DNA of 50,228 nucleotides from Methylovirgula sp. (GTDB lineage Bacteria > Pseudomonadota > Alphaproteobacteria > Rhizobiales > Beijerinckiaceae), in NCBI GenBank assembly GCA_031291555.1, contig JARLIV010000133.1, positions 1 to 50,228 on the forward strand. Reading direction: 5' to 3'. Both the position numbers and the translations under genes were made by a program. Below the pieces are notes generated by a model, which saw only the letters and a list, made by a program, of their open reading frames with translations, made no database searches and had not been told where the DNA came from. Positions 48,741-50,228 of this stretch are shown piece by piece (positions within the stretch are counted from its first letter, which is position 1; each line of letters opens with the position of its first letter).

Positions 48741-49400
48741 ATGATGACGCGACGCCAAGCGAATAGCGGAATTCTCGCCAGCGCGGCATTTGCGGCCGCG
48801 CCGGTGTTCGCAGCCACGCAGAAGCTTAAGCCTATCGAACTGCCTGCGCCCCGGAGCGAAGGCGGTATGCCTCTGATGAATGCGTTGAAGCTGAGACATT
48901 CAACGCGCGAATTTTCGGATCGGCCGCTTCCCTCACAGACCCTTTCCGATCTGTTGTGGGCCGCCTTTGGCATCAATCGTCCTAACGGCTACCGCACCGC
49001 ACCCTGCGGACGCTACATCATAGCGATCGACATCTACGTCGCGATGAACAATGGCGTGTGGATCTACGAGCCGAAGACGCACGCTCTGCTGCCTCATCTG
49101 AGTAGCGACATCCGAGCACAGACAGGTCTTCAGGACTTCGTGGGGACCGCGCCGCTGAATTTGGTCTACGTCGCCCACGGCGAACGCCTGATGGACGAAA
49201 CGCATGAGGAGCGTCGGCTCCTTGCCTCGGTCGATACCGGCTTCATCGGTCAAAATGTTTATCTATTCTGCGCCTCGGAAGGCCTCGCCACAGTTTTCCG
49301 GGGATCGGTGGATTATCCAAAGCTCCAGCGCACATTGAAACTGCCACGGCAGCAGTTCGTGACTTTTGCTCAGACGGTCGGATATCCTCGTCGAGCATGA
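48741..49400 (+). CDS. Nitroreductase-superfamily flavoprotein with a twin-arginine-like leader
   Basis: TRRQAN leader; ELPAP..EGGMPL..AL..RHSTREF, LSDLLWAAFGINR, RTAP, DTGFIGQNVYL and QTVGYP. Confidence 0.88.
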   Translation: MMTRRQANSGILASAAFAAAPVFAATQKLKPIELPAPRSEGGMPLMNALKLRHSTREFSDRPLPSQTLSDLLWAAFGINRPNGYRTAPCGRYIIAIDIYVAMNNGVWIYEPKTHALLPHLSSDIRAQTGLQDFVGTAPLNLVYVAHGERLMDETHEERRLLASVDTGFIGQNVYLFCASEGLATVFRGSVDYPKLQRTLKLPRQQFVTFAQTVGYPRRA

Positions 49401-49558
49401 ACCGCATCACCCTAGCTTGCGTGCGGGCGGTCCTAATCCGATAAAAGCAGGTATATTGATCGCCTTCGCGCATACAGACTTCGAAACATTATCGTGCTGC
49501 TAAGGCAACGGTTACACTCCGATCGAAAGCCCCCTTAGCGGAATATTGGGAGCGAGCC

Positions 49559-49915
49559 ATGCGGATCGATGCGACTCAATTCGGAAGCATAACGATTGAC
49601 GGAAAGACCTATGACCATGATGTCGTCATCGGCCTCTCCGGCAAGGTGCTAAAGCGACATAAGAAATTATCTAAAGAGAAATACGGAACGTCGCATATCA
49701 TCTCGCAGGAGGAGGCTGCGGATGTTTTCAACGACGGCTGCGAGGAGTTGATTATCGGCACGGGCCAAGCCGATAACGTGCGCCTGTCGCCGGAGGCGCA
49801 GGCATTTTTCGACAGGAAGGCCTGCCACGTCATCCTGCAACCGACGCCGGAAGCGATCCAATCATTCAATCAATCGAAGGCGCGGAAAATCGGCCTCATG
49901 CATGTGACGTGCTGA
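49559..49915 (+). CDS. Mth938-like (DUF498/AAMDC) protein
   Basis: FGSITIDGKTYDHDVVI, LIIGTG, PTPEAIQSFN and C-terminal HVTC. Confidence 0.85.
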   Translation: MRIDATQFGSITIDGKTYDHDVVIGLSGKVLKRHKKLSKEKYGTSHIISQEEAADVFNDGCEELIIGTGQADNVRLSPEAQAFFDRKACHVILQPTPEAIQSFNQSKARKIGLMHVTC

Positions 49916-49976
49916 GCAATGACGTGCAAGCGGATGCACGTTTCCGCTAATACCGCGTGATCAATGAAACGCAATC

Positions 49977-50213
49977 TTACACGCGCGACGTCGGACCAGG
50001 TAGTTCGTTCCAATCAAGTCCTAGTTCATCGACGATCTGACGAATAACCCTCGGGTCCAGGGCTTTCTTCGTGCCCAGATCGGGAAGAATAGCTCTCTTG
50101 TCTTCCCGATGGACGGTCACGTAGGCGTGACCGTGAGTTTCGATTGTGTCTCTGCCGGCCTCAAAACGGCAACCACGCTCGGCCAACCATTTGCGAAAGG
50201 TCGCGCTTTCCAT
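49977..50213 (-). CDS. HicA-like (dsRBD-fold) small protein
   Basis: ATG follows GGAGG. Pattern FRKWLAERGCRF...HGHA.VTV......LP......L....IRQIVDELGL resembles HicA. Confidence 0.65.
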   Translation of the reverse strand: MESATFRKWLAERGCRFEAGRDTIETHGHAYVTVHREDKRAILPDLGTKKALDPRVIRQIVDELGLDWNELPGPTSRV

Positions 50214-50228
50214 GAAGACCTCCGTTGA

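Larger units (their letters stand above)
43906..50228. mobile_element. Probable left part of a tRNA-anchored genomic island; no integrase visible in the window
   Basis: Core synteny stops at the tRNA 3' end. Sequence becomes more AT-rich with more A/T-ending codons, and only accessory genes follow. Confidence 0.5.

Noticed and set aside
49456-49469. TTGAT half site upstream of the Mth938-like gene as an FNR box
   Set aside because: The second half (TTCGC) does not match ATCAA.

Overview
High-GC alphaproteobacterial chromosome. Gene content and order point to Hyphomicrobiales, probably a Beijerinckiaceae-like methylotroph; this is inferred, not proven. Bases 1-43905 are mostly core genes: metH (5'-truncated), an amidase, rnpB, the polar-growth scaffold GPR/RgsE, ferredoxin and its reductase, ycjXF, sixA, pabBAC, cca, mfd, sdhE, dciA, smc, the Fo ATP synthase operon, gltX, class II DAHP synthase, gor, rpiA, gph and tRNA-Val(CAC). 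Two small accessory blocks interrupt the core. One is a COG4313-type outer-membrane channel divergent from an FnrN-like regulator with two FNR boxes between them. The other is a Fae paralog, an MxaD-like SRPBCC protein and a TonB between smc and atpI. Two families of dispersed palindromic repeats are present. After the tRNA the sequence becomes more AT-rich and accessory. It carries the most striking locus: a Cyc2-type fused cytochrome-porin followed by three tandem di-heme c4 (Cyc1-like) cytochromes, preceded by an FNR/FixK-type box. This is a candidate microoxic Fe(II)-oxidation or extracellular electron-uptake conduit. All family calls come from reading motifs by eye; no database search was run.
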